Below are positions 1 through 10,386 of a stretch of DNA of 64,000 nt, one piece after another; positions within the stretch are counted from its first letter, which is position 1; each line of letters opens with the position of its first letter. The DNA comes from Pachysolen tannophilus NRRL Y-2460 (taxonomy: Eukaryota). The stretch is taken from positions 900,502-964,501 of the forward strand of contig KV454013.1 in the NCBI GenBank assembly GCA_001661245.1, in the 5' to 3' direction. The notes under the pieces are model-generated. The model saw only the letters and a program-made list of their open reading frames with translations. It had not been told where the DNA came from and made no database searches. Position numbers and translations under genes: made by a program.

Positions 1-858
1 TCTTTTTTGGAAAACATTTGATTGATGATTTTTCAAAGAGGTGGAAATTACTGCAGCGACAAGGTATCTTAATATCCAAGGACATGCTGCTTGAATAGTA
101 GATAAATATGATGATGAAAAAAATAAATCACACAACTGATCTAATCCGTTTAAAGTATTAAAAAATGGGAAAAGAGACCAATGTATAATCCAAGTTCTAT
201 GGTGTAATTGTGTTAATGGATCACTAAATGATCTAGAATCTACTAAATCACGAAGTTTACCCAATTCTTGTAACGCATTATCCCAATCTAACCTTATGAT
301 TTCAGAAGCCAATCTCCCCCATGTAGCACTAATATTTAAATCATTATTTGTTGATAAAACTTTAAAATTATTTAATAAATCACTAGCCATAACATAATCA
401 CCACGATTATATTGAAATTGACCAAATTCATATAATTCATTAATCTTCTCCTCTGTAATTTGAAAATTCTTCTCCAAATACTCTTTATTATAATTCTTAT
501 CTTGCTTTAAATTATCTTGAACTTCTCTTCTTGATAAAATATTTAAAGTGTTTTTAGTCTCTGAATCTAATCTTATCAATTCTGATGAAACAAATTTTTC
601 CTTTTCTAAAAGCTCCGGTGGGAATTCCTTACCAGGGTTCAAAGTCTGATACTTGTCCTTAACAAACTTTACCATATTGGTCTCTTTTAAAAGATCATAT
701 GAAAGTTGATTAATGATTTTTTCATCATAAATTAAATCCAAAGATTCAATCAATGGATAAATTAAATGCCTATCTAAAAATGGAATAATCTTGGAAGACA
801 AATCATACTGTCTTGCCAACTCAAGCTCTTCCTGCGTCAACGGAGCCATCTCACTCAT
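1..858 (-). CDS. INT6: Translation initiation factor eIF3 subunit e (Int6); 3' end runs off the window
   Basis: Manual translation from ATG at 858: MSEMAPLTQEELELARQYDLSSKIIPFLDRHLIYPLIE. YDL..K...FLDRHL..PL.E is the eIF3e N-terminal signature. Absent from the ORF track because it is truncated. Confidence 0.9.
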   Translation of the reverse strand, partial: MSEMAPLTQEELELARQYDLSSKIIPFLDRHLIYPLIESLDLIYDEKIINQLSYDLLKETNMVKFVKDKYQTLNPGKEFPPELLEKEKFVSSELIRLDSETKNTLNILSRREVQDNLKQDKNYNKEYLEKNFQITEEKINELYEFGQFQYNRGDYVMASDLLNNFKVLSTNNDLNISATWGRLASEIIRLDWDNALQELGKLRDLVDSRSFSDPLTQLHHRTWIIHWSLFPFFNTLNGLDQLCDLFFSSSYLSTIQAACPWILRYLVAAVISTSLKNHQSNVFQKR

Positions 859-1402
859 TTTCAAATCACTTCCCTTCTATTAGATTCAGTTCAGTTCAGT
901 TCCTTATTCAGGCCACGTAATCTCAAAAAGATAATAAATAACCAAACAATAACTAGTAAGAAAGTAAGTAAGTAAGTAGTAACCTTCAACTTTATATGGA
1001 ATACAAACTTTCTCACTTTTCTACATCTGTTGAAAGAAAAATTTTTTTAACTTGATCAGCAGCGCACGACCACTTTTTTTCTTCTTTTTTTCATTTTTTT
1101 TTTTCAAACAAAATAAACAAAAAACAAAATCTGCCAAACAAGTATCAGAACGTGTCAACAATGTAAAATCACCCAAATGAGAAACTTGTGTTTAGTATAC
1201 ACGACAACGGTGGTGTCGGCAACGATGATGATGGGCCCGAGTTAAGGTGAAAGCTGGCAAAAAAAAAACAAAACAAAGCATAAAAAGCAGTATAGTAATG
1301 ATGAAGATTAGTTTTTAACCGCCGTTGGCCAATTTCAATATAATTGTATGGTGATTGGATTTGATTATTGAGGTATGTGGAGCTAGAAGTCTAGGAGGAA
1401 AT

Positions 1403-2779
1403 ATGGGTAATTTTTTTGGTATTTCTTTTTTAATTTTAGCATTAGCGCTATTGCTTAATACACATTCTCTGTTTCAACCATTACAAACTTCGGTGGCATT
1501 TTCAATATTGGGTTATAATATAACTTGTTATGTGATACCGCGGGCTAAGGATGCTTTTATTAAAATTGGGCTTTATGGGAAGGATATGTCTAAGAAGGGC
1601 AAGCCTATAATCCCTGAAACTATTGGTATAATTCCTGCTATAACATATATTTTTTTAATGTTTTGTTTTATACCTTTTTTATTTTTAAAATTTTTAGTTA
1701 TTGATACAAGTGGTGGTGGTAATAGAGAAATAGGAATTTCACAAGATTATGATAAATTTAAGTTATTCCCACATAATAAATTGTCTTCATATTTGAGTGG
1801 GATGCTTTCATTGGAAAGTATGATCTTATTAGGATTAATTGATGATTTATTTGATATAAGATGGAGACATAAATTTTTTTTACCTGCAATTGCTTCAATT
1901 CCATTATTGATTGTTTATTATGTTGATTTTGGGGTTACTTCTATTCTTATACCAAATTTTATTAAAAATTATTTTGAATTACCATTTAATAATATCGATT
2001 TAAAATTTGGTTATTACATTTATATGGCAGCTGTTTCAATTTTTTGTCCAAATTCAATCAATATATTGGCAGGTGTTAATGGATTAGAAGTTGGTCAAAG
2101 TCTTGTGTTATCGATCTTGTTGTTATTAAACGATTCTTGTTATTTAATACCTTTAGATAAAAATTCACCTTCTTATGATTCTCATTTGTTTTCTGCAGCA
2201 ATCTTGATTCCATATATAGGTGTTTCATTGGCATTGTTGAAATTTAACTGGTACCCTTCTCAAGTATTTGTTGGTGATACTTTTTGTTATTTTAGTGGTA
2301 TGGTATTTGCAATAGTTGGAATCTTGGGTCATTTTAGTAAAACTTTATTATTATTTTTCATTCCACAAATCTTTAATTTCTTATATTCAGTTCCTCAATT
2401 ATTTGCAATTATACCTTGTCCAAGACATAGATTACCACATTTTAACCCACAGGATAATAAATTATATCCATCTCGTGTTATATTTGATAAAAGATTAAAT
2501 CCAATAAAGGAGAAAATTTTAATTTTATTGGAAAATTTAAAATTATTATCATTGATTAAAGAAAAAGATATTAAAACTGGTGAAATAATAGTTAAAGAAT
2601 CTTCAAATTTTACTATAATAAACTTGATACTAGTATGGTTTGGTCCCTTGAGAGAAGACCATTTATGTCTTGTCATATTAATTCTACAATTTCTTGTTGG
2701 AGTTGGATCATTAATTGCAAGGCATACAATTGGACCTTGGTTATTTGGTTATGATAATTTACATTGGCTTGTTCAGTGA
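1403..2779 (+). CDS. ALG7: UDP-GlcNAc:dolichyl-phosphate GlcNAc-1-phosphotransferase
   Basis: Motifs LGLIDDLFDIRWRHK, FCPNSINILAGVNGLEVGQ, FVGDTFCYF and CPRHRLP. First ATG is at 1403; the track start at 1355 is TTG. Confidence 0.95.
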   Translation: MGNFFGISFLILALALLLNTHSLFQPLQTSVAFSILGYNITCYVIPRAKDAFIKIGLYGKDMSKKGKPIIPETIGIIPAITYIFLMFCFIPFLFLKFLVIDTSGGGNREIGISQDYDKFKLFPHNKLSSYLSGMLSLESMILLGLIDDLFDIRWRHKFFLPAIASIPLLIVYYVDFGVTSILIPNFIKNYFELPFNNIDLKFGYYIYMAAVSIFCPNSINILAGVNGLEVGQSLVLSILLLLNDSCYLIPLDKNSPSYDSHLFSAAILIPYIGVSLALLKFNWYPSQVFVGDTFCYFSGMVFAIVGILGHFSKTLLLFFIPQIFNFLYSVPQLFAIIPCPRHRLPHFNPQDNKLYPSRVIFDKRLNPIKEKILILLENLKLLSLIKEKDIKTGEIIVKESSNFTIINLILVWFGPLREDHLCLVILILQFLVGVGSLIARHTIGPWLFGYDNLHWLVQ

Positions 2780-2933
2780 ATGAAAATTTGAAAAAAAAAA
2801 AAGAATAAGATAACAAAAATCTATAATGGAATATTAGTTTTTTTTTTAAAAGAAAATATTATATGTATAATAAATATATACGGATGCAAGTATTAAACAT
2901 TGTTTATTGTCATTTTTTTTTTTATTTTATTTA

Positions 2934-3788
2934 TTAGTTTATCTTTTTAATGTTTCTCCAAAAAAGATCTCTTTCTTTTAATAATTCATCTGCAATTTTA
3001 GCAATTTCTTGAGTCTTTATTAATTCCCTAGCAGAGAAAAATTCACTTAAATCTTTTTCACCTTTATATTCTCGTTCATAATGGAAAGCACTTAATAATA
3101 ATTCATATTTATCGATATCCTTAACAATCTTAGCTTCAAAATTACGTTGCTCTTCATAATCCAACCATGATTCTATGATTTCTTGAGCAAAAATTGGGTT
3201 ATAATTTTTAATTAATTGAGACATGTATAAGATTGTATTATATTCTCTTTTATTTTTCTCTTCTTTGTTTACAGTAGTATCATGTGGAACAATATCACCA
3301 ACTAAAGCTTCTGCAATATCATGAATCAAAGAAATTTTTACACATTTACTCAAATCTAACTTTTCGTTGTTATTTTCTGGAAAATTTGATGAATTCAATG
3401 ACATTGCAATTATAGACATTCTATACATATGATCTGATATAGATTCTGGGTTTGAAATATTATGGTTAAGCCAACCAGTTCTCTTTTGAGATTTGAGTAA
3501 ATCCAAGATTTGGTGAAACGCTAATATATAACTATATGATGAAGACGTTGTCTGTTTTGGTATGAGCAACTGTTTAATCTCTAATGGAACAGCTGATTCT
3601 GGATTCCAAGACGATGATGATGAAGATGAAGATGCCGCAGCATTATTATTGTTTTGTGGTTGTTGGGAAATTGACGAACCAGAAACCGATCTCGTCATTT
3701 TAAAGCTTGTTGTGGATACTATCTTCTTTCTAATTAAAAATAATGAACTTTCCAATGAGCCTACTGTTAATTTTTGGAAAAAACTCAT
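2934..3788 (-). CDS. HD-domain 5'-deoxyribonucleotidase (YBR242W/YGL101W, HDDC2 family)
   Basis: Motifs KRTGW, ESISDHMYRM, HDIAEALVGDI and KDIDKYE. Convergent with ALG7, as YBR242W/YBR243C are in S. cerevisiae. Confidence 0.9.
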   Translation of the reverse strand: MSFFQKLTVGSLESSLFLIRKKIVSTTSFKMTRSVSGSSISQQPQNNNNAAASSSSSSSSWNPESAVPLEIKQLLIPKQTTSSSYSYILAFHQILDLLKSQKRTGWLNHNISNPESISDHMYRMSIIAMSLNSSNFPENNNEKLDLSKCVKISLIHDIAEALVGDIVPHDTTVNKEEKNKREYNTILYMSQLIKNYNPIFAQEIIESWLDYEEQRNFEAKIVKDIDKYELLLSAFHYEREYKGEKDLSEFFSARELIKTQEIAKIADELLKERDLFWRNIKKIN

Positions 3789-4226
3789 TTATTTGTTTAC
3801 ATTAAAATAGAAATGAGATAAAACTATTTTTTATTATTTACATTTTTTTGATTTTTTTTATTTTTTTTATTTTTTTCTGTTTTGGCTCATTGAGAAAATT
3901 TTCATTTTAGAGACAAATAAAAGTTTCAAGAATTAGCAAAGAAAAGAACAAGCAAGATAAACGAAAAGTTCATCTTTTATACATTCAGTAGAATTTAATG
4001 AATGATTTCATTAAGATAATTAATTAGATATTTTTTTTTCAAAATTTTAAGGTATAATAACAAAAGTTATTAAATTTGTAATATGAACCCAATAATTGAC
4101 TACTATATATAAAGAGAAATTTTTTTACTAAATAGGAGGAGATAATATAATAAAACTGTATTTTTGTAAAATAAAAAAAAATCAACTTTTACTATTTAGT
4201 TTGATTTCCTAGATTTTAAAATTTGT

Positions 4227-4878
4227 TTAAGCAACTAATTCAACAACACCACCAACAGCTCTAATTCTTTCTTCAGCCAATTTTGAAACATATCTTGCTT
4301 TAACGATAACTGGGACTTCTGGTAATCTACCTTTACCCAAAACTTTACCGTAACCATTGGCTAAAGTATCAATAACAACAGCTGATGAAGATGAAGAGTT
4401 TTTCAACAGATCAGATCTGTTTTCTTCTGGTACCAAGGTCCATAATTTATCCAAGTTAATAACTGGTTTCCAGTCATGGTTTGCTAATTTATGGAAATGT
4501 CTCATACCAACTTTACCAAAGTAACCTGGATGGTATTTATCCATATTGGTTCTGTGATGATGTTGACCACCAGCTTTACCACGACCACCCGGATGCTTTC
4601 TATGTTTACCGATACGACCCTTACCGGCTAAATTTTACAAAAAAAAAAAAAAGAAAAATAGACTGTTAGTATGAATGAATAAAAATAGTAATAAAAAAAA
4701 ATCCAAGAGAAAAAACACTTCAAACCTAATTAATACAAAGACATATCAATTTTTGTATAAAATGAATAAACCAAAAGAAAAAAAATTGGTCCAGTAATTA
4801 ATTAATCCAATAAGTCAATCAATCAATAATCATTACTATTAATTTTTTCAAAATCTTTTTTTTTCCATCATATATCTA

Positions 4879-4911
<33 letters not shown>

Positions 4912-5029
4912 TTGAAATGACTTATAATTCGGTTTCTCTTCTAATATATTCTCTTAAATCTATAAATCAAATCCACATACCTGAAACATGGCCTCTATGT
5001 TTTCTAGTTTTAGTTAATCTGCTAGGCAT
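4227..5029 (-). CDS. RPL28: 60S ribosomal protein L28 (uL15); exons 5029-4981 and 4627-4227, 149 aa
   Basis: Exon 1 [16 protein letters not shown] joins in frame to [17 protein letters not shown]. Spliced length is 450 nt. Confidence 0.97.
4628..4980 (-). other. Spliceosomal intron of RPL28 (353 nt)
   Basis: GTATGT donor at 4980, TACTAAC branch at 4671-4665, TAG acceptor at 4630-4628; removal restores the frame. Confidence 0.95.
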
Positions 5030-5220
5030 TTTTCACTTATTCTAACTTCTTAACTTTTAATTAAAAAATTTAAAAAAATAAATAAAATTATTATAATAAA
5101 CTTTTTATTCAATACTTTTTTCCTTCTGTATAAGGCTTGAAGCGTGAAAAATTCACAAAAATTTTCAGACATGCGACGGTGTCTGGATGAACAAAGAAAA
5201 AAAAAATTCAAGAAAAATCG

Positions 5221-5274
5221 CAGTCACAAAGGAATAGTAAAGTAAGGAATTAAAGAAGTTTCCTCATTGGGAAA
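5221..5274. promoter_or_regulatory. RPL28 promoter: Homol-D box plus Mcm1 site
   Basis: CAGTCACA at 5221-5228 and TTTCCTCATTGGGAAA at 5259-5274, about 190-245 bp upstream of the RPL28 ATG. Confidence 0.7.
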
Positions 5275-5620
5275 TACTTTTCTTCACTTTTTGTTTTGTT
5301 TTGGGGTTTTCTGACACTACACTACTTTATCTTTGCCAAAATACCCAATTGGTAAATATTGTATATCCAATACACTACTTTGATGATTTAACGACACAGC
5401 GTCATTATATGAAGAAAAATTGGTAAATTCTTTCTTTTTTTCTGGCGTGTCACTTTTGACACAAATCAATAATGGTGTAGGGTGTGTGTAGGAGGCTGGC
5501 AAATTAATTTTTTTTTTTTTTTGCTCAGATAACACTATTATTAAAACCTCTTTTATATATATAATAATATATAATTTAAATCAAAAGCGTTAAAGGTAAT
5601 GAATATATAGGTTAATCGGT

Positions 5621-6049
5621 ATGCCATCAGAGACTAGTAGCAATGATTTGGCACTAACGCTGGAATACGAAAAGTTGAAAAAACAGCTTCATCATCAAAT
5701 AGTGAATAAGAGAAACTTGGATAGAGAACTTACAATGTTGGAAGAAGAGATATTTAATAAAGAAACACTGTATTTAAGTCAAGGAGCTTATGGGAATATA
5801 ATTAAAGGATTTACAAATTTTCCAAAAACTTCTGGGTCTTCAAATAGTAGGAAAAAGTTTAGTTTTACAGATGATGATAGAATATTCAGTTTAAGTTCTT
5901 CAACTTATGTTAGACATTTAAAAAAAATTAATGAAAATGGTGGTAACCTGGAAAATTCATCAAATGTTAATTTTGAAGAATTAGCTGAAGAAGATATTGA
6001 TATAACACCAAATTCTGGTAAAAAAAAGAAAAAAATTAATGAAGAATAG
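5621..6049 (+). CDS. EAF6: NuA4/NuA3 histone acetyltransferase subunit Eaf6
   Basis: LEEEIFNKET(A)YL...GNIIKGF...DDDRIFSLSS is the Eaf6 signature. Confidence 0.92.
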   Translation: MPSETSSNDLALTLEYEKLKKQLHHQIVNKRNLDRELTMLEEEIFNKETLYLSQGAYGNIIKGFTNFPKTSGSSNSRKKFSFTDDDRIFSLSSSTYVRHLKKINENGGNLENSSNVNFEELAEEDIDITPNSGKKKKKINEE

Positions 6050-6570
6050 TTGTTAGTTTTTTTTTTTGTGTTTATGGGTGTACAGTAAATAGTATAAGCT
6101 ACAAATGTGGGTTTTGTTTTTGTTTTTTTTTATTTATTTTTAAATTTCAATTTAGTCTCCAAAATTATAATAATTGTAAACGAATATTATGTTTTCATGT
6201 TCGCATTGCCAAATAAAAAAAAATAAAAAATAAAATGTACAAAGTTATAAACAATTAAAAGAAAACAAGTGCTATAAAAAGATATTCTAAAATTTGTTTT
6301 TTTTTTTCTTTTGTTTTTTTTAAAAAAAGAGAATAATCAAACTCATAATGAAATGTACTTTAAAACTTGAACTTCATAAACGAACAGCAATTAAAAAAAT
6401 AAAAAAATCAACAGAATATAGTATTATAATATGATAAAAAGAAATAAATGAATTTTGTTTTAAATTCTTTATTTTTTTTTTTTTTCTTTTTTTTCCTTTT
6501 TGTGTTTAATTAAGGGAATATTTAATTAAAACAATCTTCTTCTATCAAAATTGAATTCATCATTCGTAAT

Positions 6571-8178
6571 TTATAATTCTTTGAAACAATCTCTACCAAA
6601 GAATGCAATTTTAAGCCAATCAGCACAAACCTTAAATCTTGATCTAACAGATAAGATCATGGAAACGTACAAGACTCTCCAGACAAAGAAAGTAAAGAGA
6701 CCACCACCAGAGTATAAGTTTCTCTTACCATATGTGACATTGGCAATAGCCTTTTCTGAACCCAAATAAGCTAAAGCACCCAAGTGAATATAATTGAAAG
6801 GTTTAATACCAACAGATTCAAATACAGCTGGAACTCGAGAAACATCAGATTTAGACAATTGTTCTGTAAATGATGGTTTTGAAGCAATTTTAGAGAAAAC
6901 TTTTGCCAAATATTCAGCTTCTTGATGAGCAACTTGAGCAGTTGGAGCCAATTTAGCATTACTACAATCACCAATGGCAAAGATATTTTTAGAACCTTTA
7001 ACCAATAAATTTTCATTAACAACTAATCCTCTTCTAACATCAGATTGATCTGGGATTTTTTTAGCTAAAGATTGAACAATTGGTCTTTGTTTATTACCTG
7101 TTGCCCAAATTAACATACCATATGGAATATTTTCTTCTTTAACACTTTCTCCCTTTTTAGTTTTAGCAATTAAAAAGTTATCTTCAACTTTGGTAACAGC
7201 AGTACTTGTTCTTAAATCAATTGCAGTTTCTGATAAAACTTTAGCAGCATATTTAGTTAATTTAGTTTCAAACATATTTAAGACATTTGGCATTGCTTCC
7301 AATAATAAGATTTGAAGTTCATCAACTATATTTGGCATTATATGTTTTAAATCTTGTTCGATAAAATCACTTAATTCACCAGCAGTTTCAACACCTGTTG
7401 GACCACCACCAACAACAACAATTGTTAATAACTTCTTACGTTCTGGATCACCTTTTGGTAATAAATTTGCCTTTTCAACACATTCAACAAATTTATTTCT
7501 AATTTTCTTGGAATCTGGAATTTCTTTTAAGAAAAAACCATGTTCTTCAACACCTGGAATACCAAAAGTATTTGGAGTAGCACCAACACCAACTACTAAA
7601 TAATCATAATGAACAGATGCAAGATCTGAAGTATTTGGTTTAATCTTTAATTCACCAGAAAGACTTGTTGCATTATTAACCGATTTAAAAGTGATGGAAT
7701 TATTTGATGGGTCAATATCAGTTGCTTCAGCTTCATAATAAGTAACATCACCTTTTTTCTTACTTGCAAAATTAACAACTGGTTCCATAATTGATTTTTC
7801 ATCAACAGTACCAACTGGACAAGATGGTAATAATGGAGTGAAAAGAAAATAATTTCTTGGAGAAATAATAATAATATTATATTTACTCGAATCAATATTT
7901 TTCAATAATGAAATTGATCCCCAACCAGTACCCAAGATAACTATATTTGGCTTACCATTGTCTGAATGGTTATAACTAATAATTCTCTTGGATTCCGTTG
8001 TCTTGTGGAAAGAAGTGGAACCAGTAACTTTACCATCAGTAGCAACAGTCGAATTGAATCTTGAACCAACGAAAAATTTTGTGGAAATAACAGTTGAAGC
8101 AGATCCAATATTGTTTCTCGAGATTAATCTCTTTGAAGGGTTCAGTAAAGAACGACAATTTTTAATATTTCTTAACAT
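6571..8178 (-). CDS. NDI1: Type II mitochondrial NADH:ubiquinone oxidoreductase, Ndi1-like
   Basis: Arg/Ser-rich presequence; GTGWG and GGGPTGVE dinucleotide-binding motifs; PVGTVDEKSI.EP.VNFA.KKKG.VTYYEAEAT and C-terminal AFFGRDCFKEL closely resemble recalled S. cerevisiae Ndi1. NDI versus NDE assignment is less certain than the family call. Confidence 0.85.
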   Translation of the reverse strand: MLRNIKNCRSLLNPSKRLISRNNIGSASTVISTKFFVGSRFNSTVATDGKVTGSTSFHKTTESKRIISYNHSDNGKPNIVILGTGWGSISLLKNIDSSKYNIIIISPRNYFLFTPLLPSCPVGTVDEKSIMEPVVNFASKKKGDVTYYEAEATDIDPSNNSITFKSVNNATSLSGELKIKPNTSDLASVHYDYLVVGVGATPNTFGIPGVEEHGFFLKEIPDSKKIRNKFVECVEKANLLPKGDPERKKLLTIVVVGGGPTGVETAGELSDFIEQDLKHIMPNIVDELQILLLEAMPNVLNMFETKLTKYAAKVLSETAIDLRTSTAVTKVEDNFLIAKTKKGESVKEENIPYGMLIWATGNKQRPIVQSLAKKIPDQSDVRRGLVVNENLLVKGSKNIFAIGDCSNAKLAPTAQVAHQEAEYLAKVFSKIASKPSFTEQLSKSDVSRVPAVFESVGIKPFNYIHLGALAYLGSEKAIANVTYGKRNLYSGGGLFTFFVWRVLYVSMILSVRSRFKVCADWLKIAFFGRDCFKEL

Positions 8179-8700
8179 CTTTTTCTTTGGCGGTATTCTT
8201 CCCCTTAACTTAAACCAACGGTTATTTTACGAAAAATTGAAAAAAATGAAGTTTTCAGAAATATATGTTGTTATAGATATAGATGATATATATATATATA
8301 TATATATTTATGTATGCGTTTTTTTCACAAATTTTTTTTTTTTCAAGAGAAACCTAATATTGCATTCGAACCTAAAATTTTAAAAAGTCCGAATTTCTAA
8401 AAGAATAAATTTAAATGAGAAAAAGAAAACTAAACAAAACAAAAACAAAATAAATCAAAATAAATATATATAAAATTATAATTAGAATTAAAATAAATAA
8501 CAAAAGAATAAAAATAAAAAAATATAAACCTCTCCGCTCTTTAGCCTTTTTTTATGAATTCTTGATAATATTCAATTCAAACAAGTCGAGTTAGAATTTA
8601 TGAGATTCCTGCTTTCAATTCTGAGTGTTTTTTTTTTTTTGCTTTTTTTACTTTTTTTTCTTTTTTTCACTTTTCGTTCATTGGTTAATTTTTTATACAT

Positions 8701-8910
8701 TTTCCCACCTTCCTCATTGGGAAGCGCAGCTCCGGCCACCCTCACTGCTTTCGGTATTTCGGTAACCCAGAGTTCTGTGCCAGCAATACACGAGGGGTCG
8801 CCGATGGCAATGGATGCAACGGCTATTCTAGGCATTTTTTTTTTACATGATATAAAGCTATGCGTTCGGTCTTTCTTGTGGGCGCTACACCGAAAGGTAG
8901 TGTGTTTAAG
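8701..8910. promoter_or_regulatory. GC-rich UAS-like island upstream of the NDI1-like gene
   Basis: CTTCCTCATTGGGAAG at 8709-8724 is Mcm1-like and contains CCAAT on the minus strand. Several CGG/CCG triplets sit in otherwise very AT-rich DNA. Confidence 0.5.
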
Positions 8911-10386
8911 CTTTTAGTAAAATACATCTATGATTAGACGCTTAAACCCCTCAATTATTATTAAAGTCAGAAGATCTTATTAAATATGTAAATAATATGG
9001 AGAAGAGGAAAAAAAAAAATAATAATAAATTCCCCCTCCATCTATAGGAAATAAAACTTCAAATCTTCCCCATTCATTCTATAAAAAGCTTTAAAATTGT
9101 CTTGACTTCCCTTTGTCCAATTTTCTTCAGTTAAAACTTCAAAATTCAAGAATTAATTTTCTTTCTTTGAATACTATGAAAAACCCCATAGTTTTTTTGT
9201 TTTTTTTTTTGTATGATTTAATTTTCTCGGTAAATGGAAAAACTATTCGGTATTTTTTTGAGCGGTTAATATGGAGCGGATTTTTTAATCTTAATTTTTA
9301 ATTTTGCGAATTTCGAAAAAGAAAATTAATAAAAGCGCGTGCGCAATAGGTCAAAAACATGGAAAAAACAAAAAAAGAAAAAAAAAGAAAACTGATAAAC
9401 TATGCGCGGCTGGAAGTACACTTTTTAGTTAGTGATGGGGGAAGCGCTCTTAAAGACATGCGCATTTGAGTTTACGCGCACTTGAGCTCATCAGTACCCA
9501 TGCGATTGTGCGCATGTGCGTGGGGTCCTTAAATGCGAAACAATTAAACATAATTAAACCCCTCCAAGGGAACAAAAGGGATTTAATTCAATTTATCCAA
9601 CTCCAACTCCAACTCCAATATTATGGCTCCATAATTATGGGTCCATAATTATGTCCTCTCTGATAAGATAAGAGTTATCTTAAATCGATACTGTAGTTCG
9701 TAGTTGGGGGGATGACATGTAAAGGATTTTTTTTTGCTTTTTTGATTATAAATTGTAATTTGAGAGTTTGTAATTGGACTGCTAATCCCTGGCCCTGGCC
9801 CTGGTCCCCGAACTACTGATGAGATTTATATTTCATCATATCAACAATAAAAAAAAAATTAAAATGTTTGGAAAAACATTACTTGCGCAAGACAAAACTC
9901 ATTTCGTAAAAAAAATATATATATATATACATTAAGGAAATGAGTTTAGTTGAAAATCAATAATCTTGAACTGGTTTATAACTTTATCTTCATCTCTCTA
10001 TCAATTGTAGTATTTTCAAAATAATTTTTTTTCAATAGCGCCAATTCTTTTAATAAATTTATTTGTTTGCGATGAGATGATTATGTGTGTTAATACTTAT
10101 CTGGCTGGGGTAGTGCAGCTTTTGAAGCATTAACAAGCAGCATCGTGCTTTATAATTTAAAACAAAATAAAAAAGTAAATAGCGTTTGTGTTTTTTTTTT
10201 TCTTTCTTTCTTTCTCTCTCTCTATATCTCTCTTTCTCTCTCTTTCCCCTTTAGCAAGTAAATTTTTGGTAATTGAATGAATTAAATTGATATAAAATTC
10301 TACTAGTTACTAGTTAATTATCAATTGCCAAATATTTTGGTTTTAATTTTTTTATTGTTGTTTTTATTATTATTATTATTATTATT

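Noticed and set aside
1373..1400. GTATGT just upstream of the ALG7 ATG
   Set aside because: No branch point follows, and ALG7 is complete from ATG 1403.
8572..8917. Overlapping 87-aa and 105-aa ORFs
   Set aside because: Largely translated poly-A/T tracts and promoter sequence, with no recognisable domain.
10093..10160. ATACTTATCTGG resembling the U1 snRNA 5' end
   Set aside because: There is a mismatch in the invariant ACTTAC, and no U1-70K loop or Sm site follows.
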